Of a stretch of 24,000 nucleotides of DNA, positions 22,830-24,000 are shown piece after piece. How positions within the stretch are numbered: position 1 is the stretch's first letter; the number at the start of each line of letters is the position of its first letter. Both the position numbers and the translations under genes were made by a program. The notes beneath the pieces are model-generated. The model made no database searches and had not been told where the DNA came from. It saw only the letters and a list, made by a program, of their open reading frames with translations. Where the stretch lies: NCBI RefSeq assembly GCF_003427025.1, contig NZ_QVAI01000019.1, forward strand, positions 40,151 to 64,150, written 5' to 3'. The DNA comes from Jiangella endophytica. GTDB lineage: Bacteria > Actinomycetota > Actinomycetes > Jiangellales > Jiangellaceae.

Positions 22830-23777
22830 TCAGCGGTTGTAGGCGGGCATCGGGCCGCGCAGCCGGCGGCCCACATCGTCGCAGCGTTCGACGATGTCGG
22901 CGGGGAGCGGCCCACGAGCCAGCGCCGCGAGGTTCGCCGTCAGGTGCCCCGGCTTCGAGGCGCCCAGCAGCACCGACCCGACCACCGGCCGTGACGCCAG
23001 CCAGCGCAGTGCCAGCTCCGGCAGCGCCACCCCGGTGTCGGCCGCGATGGCCGACAGCGCACCGACCGCCTCGAACATGCGCGGGTCCCAGTAGCGCTCG
23101 CGGTACATCGGGGAGAGCCGCGACGTGGCGAACCGGCCTTCGTCGGGCGCGGTCTCGAAGGTGTAGCGGCCCGACAGCAGCCCGCCGCCGAGCGGGTTGT
23201 AGACCATGGTCTCGATGCCGCTGGCCAGTGCGAACCCGACGTACTCGTCGTCGATGCGGCGGGCGACGAGGTTGTAGAGCTGCTGCGCGACGACCGGGCC
23301 GGGCAAGCCGGCGGCCGCGAACAGCCCGCGCAGCTCGGCGATCTGCCAGGCGGCGTAGTTGGACACGCCCACCCGGCCGATCAAGCCGTCCGCCGCCAGC
23401 GCCGCGACCTCGGCGACGGTGTCGGCCAGCGGCGTGGCGGGGTCGGGCTGGTGCAGGTAGAACAGGTCGACGTGGTCGAGCCGGAGCCGGCGGAGGCTGC
23501 CTTCGAGGCTGGCCCGGAGCGCCCGCGGCGACAGCGGCGGCGCGTCGCCGGCGTCGGGGTGCGGGATGCCGGCCTTCGTCGCGACGGTGAACAGCCCTGG
23601 TCGCTGCGCCAGCAGGTCGCCGAGCATCTCCTCGGTGGCGCCGCCGGCGTAGCCGTTGGCGGTGTCGATCTCGGTGACCCCGGCGTCGCGGGCGAGGTCG
23701 AGCAGGCCGGCCGCCGTGTTGCGGTCGACGGTGTCGCCGAACGTCATGGTGCCCAGGACGGCGCGGGGGATGGTCAC
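22830..23777 (-). CDS. aldo/keto reductase
   Basis: The motifs are LGTMTFGDTV, EIDTANGYAGGATEEMLG, DLFYLHQPD, GVSNYAAWQ, QQLYNLVAR and NPLGGGLLSGRY. GTG 23777 overlaps the upstream stop (GTGA). Confidence 0.9.
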   Translation of the reverse strand: MTIPRAVLGTMTFGDTVDRNTAAGLLDLARDAGVTEIDTANGYAGGATEEMLGDLLAQRPGLFTVATKAGIPHPDAGDAPPLSPRALRASLEGSLRRLRLDHVDLFYLHQPDPATPLADTVAEVAALAADGLIGRVGVSNYAAWQIAELRGLFAAAGLPGPVVAQQLYNLVARRIDDEYVGFALASGIETMVYNPLGGGLLSGRYTFETAPDEGRFATSRLSPMYRERYWDPRMFEAVGALSAIAADTGVALPELALRWLASRPVVGSVLLGASKPGHLTANLAALARGPLPADIVERCDDVGRRLRGPMPAYNR

Positions 23778-24000
23778 GAGGCGGCTCCTGCGGTGGTCGC
23801 GGGTGCGAACAGCCGCGGCTTGCGGCCGGTGATGAGCGCGGGGTCGAGGGCGGCGCGGCGCAGCCGGCGGGTGTAGTCGTGCTGCGGCCGGCTCAGCACC
23901 TCGTCGGTCGGGCCGTGCTCGACGAACCGGCCCTGGGACATGACCGCGACCTCCTGGCTGATCTCGCGCACCACGCCGAGGTTGTGCGAGATGAACAGGT
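23774..24000 (-). CDS. ABC transporter ATP-binding protein, C-terminal part (Dpp/Opp-type; 5' end outside the window)
   Basis: The reverse frame is open to the window edge. The translation ...LFISHNLGVVREISQEVAVMSQGRFVEHGPTDEVLSRPQHDYTRRL is the H-loop and C-terminal region typical of oligopeptide/dipeptide-type ABC ATPases. Confidence 0.7.
   Translation of the reverse strand, partial: LFISHNLGVVREISQEVAVMSQGRFVEHGPTDEVLSRPQHDYTRRLRRAALDPALITGRKPRLFAPATTAGAAS

Noticed and set aside
19228-22994. 705-aa minus ORF 19228..21345 and 459-aa plus ORF 21615..22994
   Set aside because: They run off-frame or antisense to the GH63-like, aldolase and BNR genes. The composition is dominated by Arg/Pro/Ala, with no motifs.

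Overview
This is a 24 kb segment of very high-GC DNA, about 70-75% by hand counts on 60-nt lines. Third codon positions are almost all G/C, which is typical of an Actinomycetota chromosome. All product calls come from reading motifs in the supplied translations. No database or HMM search was possible.

Layout:
- Left end (1-4844, + strand): a tightly coupled carbohydrate/redox cluster. It holds a glycoside-hydrolase C-terminus, a large FAD oxidoreductase with a galactose-binding-like tail, an SDR epimerase and an FMO-like flavoprotein.
- 4863-6338 (-): a DUF222/HNH endonuclease gene of the REP13E12-like selfish family, wedged between metabolic genes.
- 6679-7968 (+): an F420/LLM oxidoreductase and a small ACT-domain protein.
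- 7977-11070 (-): a PadR regulator, ABC ATPase and FtsX-type permease operon. It has a near-consensus promoter overlapped by a tandem 19-bp operator-like repeat.
- 11203-13676 (-): the most interesting part. It holds a Ro60/Rsr orthologue (TROVE + vWA). Upstream of it is an unannotated, circularly permuted tRNA-like Y RNA (YrlA-type) that I can fold by hand, and a MazEF-like (RHH antitoxin + PemK/MazF-like toxin) module lies directly upstream on the same strand.
- 13878-15463 (+): a lipoprotein and a secreted PKD-like protein, spanning a clear low-GC patch of about 57%.
- 15543-19790: a DUF4097 protein, a PQQ-dependent sugar dehydrogenase lipoprotein, a 2-hydroxyacid dehydrogenase and a BNR/Asp-box propeller protein.
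- 19902-24000 (-): an operon encoding an (alpha/alpha)6 glycoside hydrolase, an HpcH-type aldolase, an aldo-keto reductase and an ABC ATPase.

Many long ORFs in the six-frame track are mirror or off-frame artefacts of the GC content and were rejected. I found no rRNA, canonical tRNA, CRISPR array or transposase.
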